Below are positions 1 through 12,849 of a stretch of 64,000 bases of DNA, piece after piece. The stretch lies in the NCBI GenBank assembly GCA_951406725.2, contig OX597830.1:47430001-47494000 (forward strand), in the 5' to 3' direction. The notes below the pieces were generated by a model, which did no database searches, was not told the origin of the DNA, and saw only the letters and a list, made by a program, of their open reading frames with translations. Position 1 is the first letter of the stretch; each line of letters begins with the position of its first letter. Position numbers and translations under genes: made by a program. This stretch comes from Octopus vulgaris (lineage: Eukaryota).

Positions 1-1029
1 AAATTCCCAACCACACAAATTAAACTCTTGCTGAAAACTTACTTTTTGTTTACCTTAATGTTTGCATGGAAAAATGCATAAAACTATAAACACCTCCTGG
101 GCTGAAAGTGTTGCTCAAAGAATGAGTGGAAGTTATCGGTTCTTCACATCCAGTGGACAACACAGAGAAATCTCTGAACAGGAGGTCCTTTTTTTTTTCT
201 TCTGAACAGATTACATCACCGCGTTAATTGCTGACTACACTTGACTGTGAAATGAATTGAGATACTGCTCTGATCAAGGAACTGCATAAATTAAAACTGC
301 CTCAGATAAAAGGGTCCCAGTTAAAAGTGTGCCTCACTAAAAAGTTATTTGGTAAAAAGTACATGATTTAGAAATACCTCAGTTGAGAGTATCCTAGCTG
401 AGACTGAAAGTTGAGAGGCACCCAACTGTGATTCACCTGACTGAGAGTCACCTGATTGAGGTGTTATCAGGTAGTAAGGAAGGGCACCACACCTCAATAT
501 GTCACTGACAGTAATTTCATCAGACCCGGACAGATAATAAAATAAAAATAAATAACTCCAAAAGAATGCAATAATAAATCACTTATTGTAAAAATAACTT
601 GACCCAATCACCACTGACATTGCCAAAATTCACAAACACCGTAAATAATGATTTGGCCCACATTTTTGTCTGATGGCTTAGAAGTGGAAGGCAACCTTTT
701 CACCCTTTTCACAGGGTCTGGCAGGAAGTAAAGAGGAAATGACTCTCAGACCAAAGACCTGGTCCAAATGTTTGCCATGGAATGGACTCTGTTAAAGGCA
801 TATGCGGATCAACATACGGAACTGTGCATCAGATCAACCCATTAATGCTCAGCGTATGATTTATCATACACCTTTTCTTTCAGACGAAAATATTCATATA
901 AAATAACTTAATAAATTTAGGCCTCAAAAAGATAACGAATAATAATTCATCAAGCAATATTTGGCACCAAAGCCATACTTTGAACATTTATACATTGTGC
1001 TAGAGCCGTGTAAATCATTTTTTATTTCA

Positions 1030-1292
1030 GTCCCACCTTGGGCCGACCAAAGTCTTGTGAGAGAAATTTGGTAGATGAAAACTGAAAGAAGCCCATCAGA
1101 TATGTGTGTGTGTATTTGTGTATTTGATAACCGGTGTTGATGTGTTTATGTCCCCAAAACTTAACAGTTCAGCAAAAGTGACTGACAGAATAAGTACCAG
1201 GCTTAAAAGAAATGAATATTAGGTTTGATTTATTTGACTAAAAATTCAGGGCACTGCCCCAGCATGGCCACTGTCAAATGACTGAAACATGA
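1030..1292 (+). mobile_element. tRNA-derived SINE family A, partial copy
   Basis: Shares ccttgggccgaccaaag...gaaagaagccc...gaataagtaccagg...agcatggcc...gtcaaatgactgaaac with the full copies at 34942 and 36238. Confidence 0.75.
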
Positions 1293-1295
1293 TTT

Positions 1296-1324
<29 letters not shown>

Positions 1325-1326
<2 letters not shown>

Positions 1327-1738
1327 TCATGTTTCAGTCATTAGACTGTGGCCATGCTAGAGCAGTGCCTTTAGTTGAGCAAATTGACCCCAGGACTTAT
1401 TCTTTGTAAGCCTGGTACTTATTTCTATTGGTGTCATTTTGCTGAACTGTTAAGTTACAGGGACATAAACACACCAGCATCGGTTGTCAAGTGATGCTGG
1501 GGGACAAACACGAACACACATACATACTATCATCATCATCGCTTAACATCCGCTTTCCATGCTGGCATGGGTTTACATACGACGGGCTTCTTTCAGTTTC
1601 CGTCTACCAAATCCACTCACAAAGATTTGGTTGGCTCGAAGCTATAGTAGAAGACACTTGCCCAAGGTGCCACACAGTGGGACTGAACCCGGAACCATGT
1701 GGTTGGTAAGCAAGCTACTTACTACACAGCCAGCCCTA

Positions 1739-1741
<3 letters not shown>
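1325..1741 (-). mobile_element. SINE family A, near full length, with a ~45-bp family-B tail fragment inserted at ~1527-1573
   Basis: Reverse complement reads ggctggctgtgtagtaagtagcttgcttacc (A box region) and gggttcagtccc (B box), then the family A body. The inserted (cat)n-cgcttaacatccgctttccatgctggcatggg is flanked by tacatac on both sides. Confidence 0.8.
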
Positions 1742-1786
<45 letters not shown>

Positions 1787-2967
1787 TATATACACATGTG
1801 TGTGTGCTTCTGTATGTATGTATGTATGTATGTATTTAGTGTGTATTTTGGTGAATGATATACAGAACAGGAAAAACAAACCAAATAAAACCAGTGTCAA
1901 CCAAGAATACCTTGTGGTATTTACTCTAATCAAAGTAGTGTGGACAGTTTCTCCCAATCATAGTTAATCAGAGATCAGCTCAACTGGAAACCAATCAATG
2001 ACAGGCACCAGTGGTCACAAAATTAAGGATATACAATAAATATGTAAAGATAATTAGGGTTAATGGTGGTGGTGGAGGTAGTAGTAGTAGTAGCGATGAC
2101 AGCAGGGATGAAGATGTTGAAGACGAGGGGTGACGACGATGATGAACAATTTCTTCATCTTATTCAGCCAGAGTCCTGATAGCGCCCATATTTTTTGAGA
2201 GTCCACGGTAAAGGTAGACTTGTGTGGCTTGTGTTCAATTTAAGAAAAAATATGAAAGTGAAATGAAAAAAACTGATAAACATATTGATAATGATGATGA
2301 TGATGCCAGTGGTGGTGAAGTTAACTCCTCCAGGAGATGCAACTATTTTAACAGATGCCAACATCTGAGAGTTGCTTCAATATGCATCAACAGCTGCAGC
2401 TATTTTGATGTTTACAGAAAAAAAAATTACCTGCAGCTATTTACAAAGTGCAACAATAATTGCAGTTGGCTATCAACAAGATAAAACAAAAAAAAAAGCT
2501 TCAATTCTAAGATTTGTTTCTACCAAACTATTAGAACCTATGTTTAAAAGGCAATATGGGAGAGAGGCCAGCAGAATGCCGAGAAAATAAACTGAATTTT
2601 TTCTTCTCTCAAAACAGAGCTTTTCTCCATCTGTTCCTATCTAACGAGTCAATAAATAATTAATTTTGTTCGTATAAAACTGGAGTGGTGCAGTGATATA
2701 CCCTGGGGCAATGAAGTACAGCCTTTTATAGAAAGTGGTCAACAAAATTTATGAGGAAAGTTTGAAGGAGCATCAAAACTAAATTGACTTAATTCCATTA
2801 TGCATTAAAACTGGTCTTAAAACTCACCCTTGGGACAACCATTGGGAATCCATTGGAAGCATGTTGAGCACCACAATTCTAGGGTACAAATTGAATCTCA
2901 GAAGCCATAATGTTATAGAGGCAGTACCACACTTTGCAGGTATTCCTTTATCCATCAATCAAGTTGA

Positions 2968-3454
2968 TTAACCCTTTCGTTATTGTATTTATTTCTGTCG
3001 AGATGCTCTGTGTTTCTTTCAATTGATTTTAAATATAACAAAGAATTTAGTAAAATAACTTAGTTATCATTAAGCTAGTATTAGGAACATAAACTGTGAC
3101 TGAGGTTTGGTGGAAGATTTTAATTCAGAACTTTCGAAAACAAAACTTTTGTACTCAGAGCGAGAGCCGGTTTCAGCTGGGTTGGTAACGAAAGGGTTAA
3201 GCTAGTGTTAGGAACATAAAATGTGACTACGGTTTGGTGGAAGATTTTAATTCAGAACTTGCGAAAACAAAACTTTTGTACTCAGAGCGAGAGCCGGTTT
3301 CAGCCGGGTTGGTAACGAAAGGGTTAAGCTAGTGTTAGGAACATAAAATGTGACTACGGTTTGGTGGAAGATTTTAATTCAGAACTTTCGAAAACAAGAC
3401 ATTTGTACTCAGAGCCAGAGCCGGTTTCAGCCGGGTTGGTAATGAAAGGGTTAA
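2968..3454. mobile_element. piggyBac-like (TTAA) MITE with tandemly triplicated 127-bp right end
   Basis: Left end TTAA|CCCTTTCGTTA at 2968. Right end TAACGAAAGGG|TTAA occurs three times, ending at 3200, 3327 and 3454. Confidence 0.75.
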
Positions 3455-3744
3455 ATCCGACAGTTGTCATGGATATGATGTCACTTGTTTCACCGCTAAA
3501 CATTCCAAAGTAAACTGTTAATTATTTGAAATGGCGACAGGAACTGAGGAAACTAAAGTGGACTTGCTCAATAACTGTAGAAGATATGAACACAACTTGT
3601 GTTTATGCAATAATTGGTTTCTCCTCTCTCTCTAAACAAGCTACACAGAAGGAGCTCAGAAAGATTATGATCACAACTAAGGAAATATTTATCCACTTCA
3701 CACCATGAAGCCAAAAGCTAACCACCATCCTTTAAACTCATTTT

Positions 3745-3882
3745 TGGCATATGGAAAGGCACCCAGCTGTAGAAACCATGCCAAATCAGACTGGAACCTG
3801 GTGCAGCTCTCCGGCTCATCAGCTCCCAACTAACCATCTGATCCATGTCAGCATGGAGAGCAGACGTTAAATGATGATGATG
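3745..3882 (+). mobile_element. SINE family B 3' part, (GAT)n tail
   Basis: gaaaggcacccagctgtagaaacc...cagactggaacctggtgcag...cagcatggagagcagacgttaaatgatgatgat, shared with 19400-19687. Confidence 0.7.
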
Positions 3883-4019
3883 AGGAGGAGGAGGAGGAGG
3901 ACTACATTACAAATAATGATAAAGCCTTTTGAGTCCTAACCTGCCTTTACTTCTAACAATAAAAACCCTCCTACTTTCTATCACACACACACACACTCAT
4001 ATATACATTCTTCCACAAT

Positions 4020-4330
4020 TTCCCTCCACTTTAAGTGACCGGCGCTTCTTCATGTGACTGTCCTTATCCCTCCATATCATGTGACCAAACCAACGCAGTT
4101 TCCTTGCTTGCATCTAATTTCCCTTATGCCTGACTCTTCTCTCAGCACACCAATCCTCCGTTGCACATCCCGTAGTGCAAACCAGCTTCATTCCACCCTT
4201 GCCTTTTCATCTCCTCTGCATTCAGGGCCCACATTTCACTACCATGTAGCATTGCAGTTCATACACATGCAATCTTCTTTTCACCTGGAGAGAGAGAGAG
4301 ACCTTTGGTTGCCAACAGAGGTAAAAGGTC
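4020..4330 (-). mobile_element. Decayed RTE-clade LINE, C-terminal part of ORF
   Basis: Frameshifted minus-strand translation TAMLHGSEMWALNAEEMKR...LRWFGHMIWRDKD resembles the RTE post-RT region (AMLYGSETW, LRWFGHV). Confidence 0.65.
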
Positions 4331-4349
4331 TCAGATATATATGTATACA

Positions 4350-4515
4350 TAAATGATGGGCTTCTTTCAGTTTCCAACAATCAAATCAACTCACAAAGCT
4401 TTGGTCAGCCCTAGACCATAGTAGAAGACACGAGCTGAAAGTGTTACACAGTGGAACTGAACTCAGAACCATGTGGTTGGGAAGCAAGCTTCTTACCACA
4501 CAGTCATGCCTGCAT
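4350..4515 (-). mobile_element. SINE family A 5' half
   Basis: gggcttctttcagtttcc...catagtagaagacac...gaaccatgtggttgggaagcaagcttcttaccacacag. Confidence 0.7.
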
Positions 4516-5616
4516 CAAAGGCATTACTGAGGAACTGGTTTCTTTTTTTTTTTTTTTTGAAAGAATAATTTAAGGAATTTGGTAGCTTCTTCACAATATT
4601 CTGAGTCTTTTACTTCTATATATCAAGTCTGAGAACAACTACAGCACACTTTCCTTTTACTTCAAACTAATCAATGTTTGTTGCTTCACTCCAAGATATT
4701 GAGGGAGCACTTTGATTCACTGATAAATAAATACATAAAAATACATAACTCATGTGACCTCCAGTCTCCCTAATTCTTTTTCCAAATTATGAAGCTCAAA
4801 ATTGCCTACTCCCACCACCACCACCACCACCACCACTACCATCTCTATAGCCAAGAATATCTAAGGTCCAATCAGATTTAATCAACAAAGGATAGGATAG
4901 CAGGGGAGAGAGAGAGAGAGAGAGAGAGAGGAGAAAGAAAGTACTATCCAGTGACTAGAATAAATAAATATGATATATATATGATTGCTGAAAGAAAATA
5001 AAAAAGATGTAAAAAAGGTAGCGCTAATGAACTAAGTTTAGCCCCAGCTCCCTAAAAATTTCTTGACACACACACACACAGATGGAGGTTATTTTATTGT
5101 TAAACAGGTAAATCCATGGAGATGAGGATGATTTCGTTTGGCCATATAAATATAGATTTCAATAGTAACAGATATAACGTATGCGCAGGGACCACAAATT
5201 TAAGGAGAATGAATGGCGGTCGATTAAATGGATTCCAGGACAGGAATAAAAGAGTAGAAATGGTTAGAGGGAAGGGAAAGGAAGGAAGGAAAGAGCAAAA
5301 GAAGGAGAAACAAGGAAGAAGAAGAAAAAAGGGGGGAAATAAAAGAAGGCAATAGATGAACGATGAAAGATAGATAAGAAATAAAAAAAAAAAAAGAGAG
5401 AGAGAATGGTAAAGAAAAAAGGAAAATAAAGTGCAAGGAAAGAAAGAAAGAAAGAAAGAAAGAATTCAATCAAGTCTTAGTTAATGAGTGTAGTGAAATA
5501 TTTAGCTAACGAAGCTATTTAGATACTCACACATGAACACATGTTTGTGTGTAAGTGTGTGTGTGTAAGCGTGTGTGTGTGTACACAGCGTGATGCTTAA
5601 CATACACAAGTGTGTG

Positions 5617-5652
<36 letters not shown>

Positions 5653-6224
5653 TATATATATACACACACATCTATATACATATATATGCATACATACATA
5701 CTGACACACACACACACACATGCATTTTAATCAATGTTTGACACACCTTCATACATGTTAAATATGTATACATTACGTGTGTGCATGTGTGTGTGTGTGT
5801 GTGTATGTTTATATGCACTTGTGAGGGGTGATAGATGCAAATCTGTTTACTCCAAGCATGCACAAATGATACACACACACACACACACTCTCCAATTGTG
5901 AGGAATGAATCTGTCGTCTGTTTGAATGATGAAGCTACTTCCTCATTGCATTTATAATGGAAGCAGCAAAGGATTGCACAGACTCTTGTACTCTTAACAA
6001 GAACCACTGTGGGACAATGTGTGTGTGTGGTAACAAGTACCTGGCATTCTCAATTATTGGTAGGCTTACAGTTCATCTTTCTTCCACACAGATTCATTAA
6101 TGTGGCTTGGATCTACCCTAGGTCATGGTAGAAGACATTTGTCCAAGATTCCACACGGAAGGATTCATTCTGCAACCACACACACACACACACACAGACA
6201 CACACATAAATATGTGAAGGTGCA

Positions 6225-6540
6225 CAAGTGGCTCAGTGGTTAGGGTTATATTTGGCCTGTGATCATACGGTCATTATTTCTATATCCATGGGTGCCATGT
6301 ATCCTTGAGCAAGACTTTTTATTTCACATTGCTCCAGTCCACTCAGCTGGCAAAAATGAGTTGTACCTGTAATTACAAAGGGCCAGCCTTGTCACACTCT
6401 GTGTCACACTGAATCTCCCTGAGAGCTATGTTGTAAAGGTTTCACAGATCTGCGGTGCACTCAGCCACTTACATGCTAATTTCAGAAGCAGGATTTTCCT
6501 TTGATGTGATTAACTGGAAAACACGTTGCCGTAACCAGTG
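6225..6540 (+). mobile_element. Older tRNA-headed SINE related to family C
   Basis: gtggctcagtggttaggg head. Body gggccagccttgtcacactctgtgtcacactgaatctccc matches 26580-26630. Confidence 0.55.
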
Positions 6541-6620
6541 GAGTGCCCAACATATTTTATATATATATATATGTATATATATATGCATATATACATATGT
6601 AAATGTACATACTTACATCT

Positions 6621-6663
<43 letters not shown>

Positions 6664-8180
6664 TATACATGCATAAGTGGGCACAGGACATCACGAAACA
6701 TGTACAACAAAAAAATAGGAAGCATGAGTACATGAAACATGAACTATTCTTTCGAACAATGAAAAACACAAATGGAAAACAAAACAAACAACATAAAGAA
6801 TGACCCTTCATCAGTTGTCGGCTGTTTTTCTAGTCTCATATTTCAAGCATTTAACAACAATATATACTTTAAAGCAAATTAAAAAAAATTTGGGATATTG
6901 CGGAGGGTCAAAATTGGTGACACAAACAGGACAGTGAAGACAAACAGGAAGGGCTGCTAATCCTAAATGCGGTTGTGGTAGCAAACGCATACACACACAC
7001 ACACACATAGATCACCATCCTCATCAACTGGAATACTCAGTGTCGTAACCAATGGCCTGCCCAGTCATATGTGTATGTATGTGTATATATAGTTCATAGG
7101 TGACATCCAAAAATTCTCCATACACAATGCATTTAGTAGTGGTCAAGAGGTTTAAATTTGAGCGACTACTTAAGTAAATGTAGGGACAAGCTAGTTAGAC
7201 AGATCAATATATAAAGTACATGAAATACAAAAAGTACATATAAAAAGGTCCAATTTACAGAGATTAAAACTGATATAGAGAATTAAAGGGGTGGAGGAAA
7301 AGGATTACAAATCCGACAGCTGTTTCTGGGGGCTCAGTGATCCAAAATAATGTTTGTAAATTAATTCCATCATAGGATGAGTGGTTGGCATCAGGAAGAA
7401 ACATTGCCAGATCAGACAGGAGTCTGGTGCAGCCTCCTGGCTTCCCAGACCCCAGTCAAACCATCCAACCCATGCCAGCATGGCATCCCTATGTGATCAC
7501 TCGATCAGCTAGAAACAGCAGTTAAATCTCCCTCAAGTTATAATACCCATCATACACTTAAAAAAAAAAAAAGACATTGCACAGGGTAGTCCTGAATATA
7601 TTAAATCTGAAAACTATATGGAATGATCATGGTTGGAATGGCTTAGATCATATATCTACCCAGTCAGCACTGATTTGGAGGTCAAACAACAGGTCTATCC
7701 CTTGGGACCCCTAAGTGACATGCTATATTGTAATTCTGTTACTCTGCTAATATTCTTGGTAACGATACAAAGACATTGAAGCTAACCACCCATTTATGGA
7801 TACTTCTGATCATGAAATGTTGCATAGTAACAGACATATTGCTCTGGTGTGGGGAAGGAATACTTTTTGTTTCCTAACAAAGGGAAATCCTTGAAACTCA
7901 AACAATTCTAGAAACGGCAATCAATGGGCGCTAAATATCATAGCAACGTTTTAAGAGGTGGACAGTACACAAAAACATCTTTGTCAAATGTCAAACTGCC
8001 CAGGATATATCATAATCACCATCATCATATGTATGCACAGTAAAGCAAAAGACTGGTACTTATTCTGTTGGTCTCTTTTGTCAAACTGCTAAGTTATGGA
8101 AACATAAACAAACCAACAGCAGTTGTCAAAAAAAAAGGTGGAAGACAAACACGAAAACATATTCAGCAACAAAGTTTCTC

Positions 8181-8365
8181 TTAACCCATTAGCATTTAAA
8201 TAGGTCACATCATGTCTCTTACACTTAACCGACAATGTCATTTTAAAAATAAACAGTTGCATCCTCAAAATCTCAAAGCTACAAGATTATACCCAATTAA
8301 TTCAAAATAATCTGAATAAATACACTTTAGGGTTAGGGCAGAGTAACCTGAATGTTGAAGGGTGA
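8181..8365. mobile_element. piggyBac-like MITE relic (second family)
   Basis: TTAA|CCCATTAGCATTT start. Internal aaaatctcaaagcta is shared with 15375-15602, which ends gccaaatgg|TTAA. Confidence 0.45.
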
Positions 8366-8494
8366 AACCCTTTATATGAATGATAGCAAGTTTTGAACCT
8401 TAAATCTCTGAAATACAAATTACCACAGACAGAATGTTGAAGAAACTGGGTTTTTTTTTTTGGTTTTTTAGGCAGTCCATCTTGACAGATGACA

Positions 8495-8790
8495 ACGTCA
8501 TCTTTGATCCTTAGAGGCTGTCTTGATGGCATTGGCAGGCTCTCTCTTGGATGAAAAGGCTGATTCTGGAGACACATGTCCGATTACACTGAGAGCAGTG
8601 AAGAGGGCTCCGACAAAGATGACCTTGTCTAGGATTTTGCTGACATTCCTTGAGCTGTCTCCACTTTTCTTCACAAAGTCTAGTACACTCATCCTCAAAA
8701 TGCTGCATACCAGTTTTGACCCTACCCTGTCCAGGTTGTACGGTCTGCGGCCAGTATTTCAAACACTGTTGATGAAACAATTCAATAGAC
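8495..8790 (-). mobile_element. RTE-clade LINE 3' end
   Basis: ORF 8511-8780 (VKTGMQHFEDE..EEKWRQLKE..CSQCNRTCVSRISLFIQERAC) resembles the RTE C-terminal CxxCxRxxxSRIGLxSH motif. Confidence 0.7.
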
Positions 8791-10269
8791 AGCTGCCACT
8801 AACTCACACAACTACTCAAGCACAGCTGAGCCATGGAGCTACACAACAATAATTGAGTCAAACAGGGGAACATCTACAGGCTGACACAATCTGCTAGAAA
8901 TAGCAGCCAAATCTTCCTTGAATTACCGATTCTATTATCTTCAATGTAAAAGGAAGGACACATTTCTGAAAAGAAATGGCCGGAATACCTTTGATAATAG
9001 TTTTGCTCAATCAGAGACGAACTGAATTAAACACCTCTTCCTTGAAAAGAAATAGGGGGAGAAAATTATGGTCAATAATTGCATTTCAGGTTTGTCAACT
9101 TGAATAAGGGGTTTAGTTATGAAGTCTCACATGACTGAGTTTTTGGGGTGGTCAATAAGGGAACTCATGTAAAGGGAAAGAGTTTCTCAGGGCTCAACAC
9201 TAATCCTTTTCATTTGCTTTTACTTTTTTTGTTGTATGTTGTTGTTTTTTTTACCTCTTAGTCAGGGACGATAAAGAGCTGCATCCATGATTCTTTAATT
9301 CTTTCAGGGCCTCCAAGACTAATGGGAGGAATGAAGGAAGTTATCCTCAAACCAGAAACTGAAGCTGGATGCTTACAACAGAATAGTTTTCCACTAAGGT
9401 CACCTAAGGACCAGGTGGTGGTTTGGTTCTTAAGCAGACAAGATTTCAAAGCCCAAAGAGCTGGAACAAATACCACAAGGCATCTTGTCTGACACTCTAA
9501 CACTTTCAACAATACCATTCCATGGATTGGTACTTTATTGACCCCAGAAGGGATAAAAAGAAAAGTTGTCCTAAACAGGAATTGAATTCAGAGCCCAGAG
9601 AGCCAGAACAAGTGTTGCCAAGTATTTGTCCTAGGCTAAGAATTCTGTTTAATTCATTGCCAAAATGAATGCCGATAATTCAAAAAAATCCAATTAAGAT
9701 TTTATGTCTAAAGTAAAAACAAAATCCAAGAATGATAAATGACCACCAAATTGTGTTTCTGTTTTTTCTTTATTTCTTTCTTCTATTTTATTAATTATTT
9801 TTTTTTTTATCAAAATCTTAACATCAAAATTCCAAATACTACTTGAGAGCTTAACATGTGGCGATAAGATTTTTCTAAGCAGAAAAGATAAATAAAACAG
9901 ATGAACAAATGTTAGTGGCTATTTTATAATTACACCATTAAATGGGAAATTTACATTTCAAACTCTTTCACCAAGGTTTTTTTTTCATTTTTTCATTTTT
10001 TTTTAATGCTTGCATGGGTTGGATAGAATTTGTTGAGGTAGATTTTCTACAGCTGGATGCCCTTCCTGCTGCTGACCCTCACCCATTTCCAAGGTAATAT
10101 TTCCTATGAACAGACAAGTTTCCACAGAAGGTTGGAAATGAAGTGCACCACTTGCACGAGGATGACATTCGTTTATAATTATTGCAAGAAATCAAAGCAA
10201 GAAGACAGTAACAAACACACACACACACAGACACATTACATATAAATATATATGCAAACACACACACAC

Positions 10270-10757
10270 ATATATAACCTTCCTTCATTGGACACTAAAC
10301 TCTGCTTGCGAAGACCTGTTGGGGCAAGTGAAATCGAAATTGAACCAAACTCGATGACTGGCACCTGTGCCAGTGGAGCACTATGAGCTCCATCTGAGCA
10401 GGATCACTGCCAGAACAGCTGTCTGGCTTCCGCGCCGGTGGCAAGTAAAAAGCATCATTTGAGCGTGATCGTTACCAGCGTCGCCTTACTGGCACGTGAA
10501 AATCATTCGTGCGAGGTCATTGCCAGTGCCACTGGACTGACTCCTATGCAGGTGGCACGTAAAAAACTCCATTTGAGCACCCACTACACCTACTACACTC
10601 TAGGAGTGGTCGGCATCAGGAAGGGCATCCAGCAGTAGAAACTCTGCCAGATCAGATTGGAGCCTGGTGCAGCCATCTGGTTCGCCAATCCTCGGTCAAA
10701 TCGTCCAAAACATGCTAGCATTGAAAGCGGACGTTAAAGGATGATGATGATGATGAT
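10270..10757 (+). mobile_element. SINE family B with internal repeated ggtggcacgtaaaa modules
   Basis: agcacccactacac...aggaagggcatccagc...gcggacgttaaaggatgatgatg tail. Confidence 0.75.
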
Positions 10758-10759
10758 AT

Positions 10760-11115
10760 ATTCTTTTACTTGTTTCAGTCTTTTGACTGTGGCCATCCTG
10801 GAGCACAACCTTTAGTCAAACAAATCAACACCAAGACTTATTTATTGAAAGCCCAGTACTTATTCTATAGATTTCTTTTGCTGATCTACTAAGTTACAGG
10901 GATGTAAACAGACCAACATTGGTTGTCAAGCGGTGGTGCAGGGACAAACACACACACACACACATATAACGGGTTTCTTTCACTTTCCATCTACCAAATC
11001 CATTCACAAAGCTTTGGTTGGCCTGAGGCTATAGTAAAAGATACTTGCCCAAGGTGCCACGCAGTAGGACTGAACCTGGAATCGTGTGGTTAGGAAGTAA
11101 GCTTCTTACCACACA

Positions 11116-11146
<31 letters not shown>

Positions 11147-11290
11147 AGCTCCTTTCAGTTTCCATCTACTAAATTCATTGACAAGGCTTTGGTAGGCACA
11201 GGGTTATAGTAGAAGACACTTGTCTGGGTCCCATGCAGAGGGTTTGAACCTGAAGCAATGTGGTTCAGAAACAAACTACTTAACCACACA
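10760..11290 (-). mobile_element. Two adjacent SINE family A copies (10760-11115, ~11148-11290)
   Basis: cttttacttgtttcagtc tail through cccaaggtgccacgcag to cttcttaccacac head, followed by a second partial copy. Confidence 0.7.
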
Positions 11291-11526
11291 CAAACACACA
11301 CATTCATATATGTGTGTGTGTGTGTAATATGTTTGCTAAATCTGTGCTGACTGACGAGCTAAAAACAACCCCAATAAATTGGCGAAGTGAGGGGTGCCCC
11401 CTGCTTGTTGTTTTTTTCTCTCTAACAATCAAACCATCAACCTCATCAACTCAAGCAACTCAAGCAAACGACACACTAAAACACTCAACAATCATCCAGA
11501 GTTCACCATACAAATCTGTTTACATC

Positions 11527-11560
<34 letters not shown>

Positions 11561-12849
11561 CTGTTGTTAGTCTGGGAAATTGTCAAAGTTGTGCCCTTTG
11601 GCTCTCAAAGGTCCACAGACATGAAGCAGCTGTGGTAATAAGAATGTGGATCACAGGTCCTTCACTGACATGCCTATATAATCACCATTAGGGAGTTTAT
11701 AAGGGCACAGCCATGAATAGGTGGTTCACAAGTCCCCTGTGTACCACATAGTTCTATGATCAACCCAACTAAGTCGTACCTTGAGCAAGTACCTTCTATA
11801 ACAGCCTCAAGTTAACCAATACCTGATAGAGGGAAACTGTGCAGAAGCCTGACATCTGAAATGTGTGTGTGTGTGTGTGTGTCTGTGTGTGTGTGTGTGC
11901 ACATTGTGTTATTAATCATATTCTTGCAATACGGTTACTATTGTTTTAACAAAGTATAACCAAGTGTGTGTGTATGTTTGGTGAGAAAACTGATAAAGCA
12001 ATGCTTTTGAATAAAGTTCCTAGTGATATTTGTTCCATCAGAGTTGTCCAGACACTCCCATGTCACTCACACTATCATAAAATACAACAGATCAGTTAGA
12101 AGTGGTCGGTTAGAAACCTGTAACTAACAGCTCTATTGTTATACTAAAATAAAATATCTTTTGAAACCCAGCACCATATTAACTTGGCAATTTGCACCAC
12201 TCGCTCACTCATCGATAAAATCCTGGCCAAAACTAACCGAATTAGCTGATATTTCATTTCCTTTATTTTCAGATACAGAAAAAAAAAAAAAAAAAAAAAA
12301 GCAATATTGAAATTTCAAAATAAAAATAAATACATCGAAAACAAGGAACGGATTTAATAAAATGGAACTTGAATTTTTATAATTCACAAGAAATTGGTTT
12401 TAGATAAAAACATCTCTTTTTAAATTGTTTATCAACAGTTTTAACACACATAAATGCATTGTTTATCAATTTTTATTGTCTACCTGTATCTATACCTACA
12501 GGTCTGTCTGACTGTCTGTCTGTCTGTCTATTTTCATTTTGATGCACGTGCGTAAAACATTTGCATGCAAAAGTGCGGTTATGTGCATGCTTTGTGTATG
12601 TCTCCCTTCATACAAGTGTGTGTGTTGTGTGTACATCACATAAATTAGATGTATTATTTCTATATTGTGCACATCTGCTTGTGTGTGCCTGTACATCTAT
12701 GTGCTTATGCGGATGTGTGTGTGTGTTTGCAAAGTGAGTTAAAGCTTTTACCAGTTAATAATTTAAAGCAGAGCTTATAAAACAGGAAACAGCATCTCTC
12801 TCCTATATATGTGTGAGTATCTTTATTTTTCTGCACCTTTCCTCCTGTT

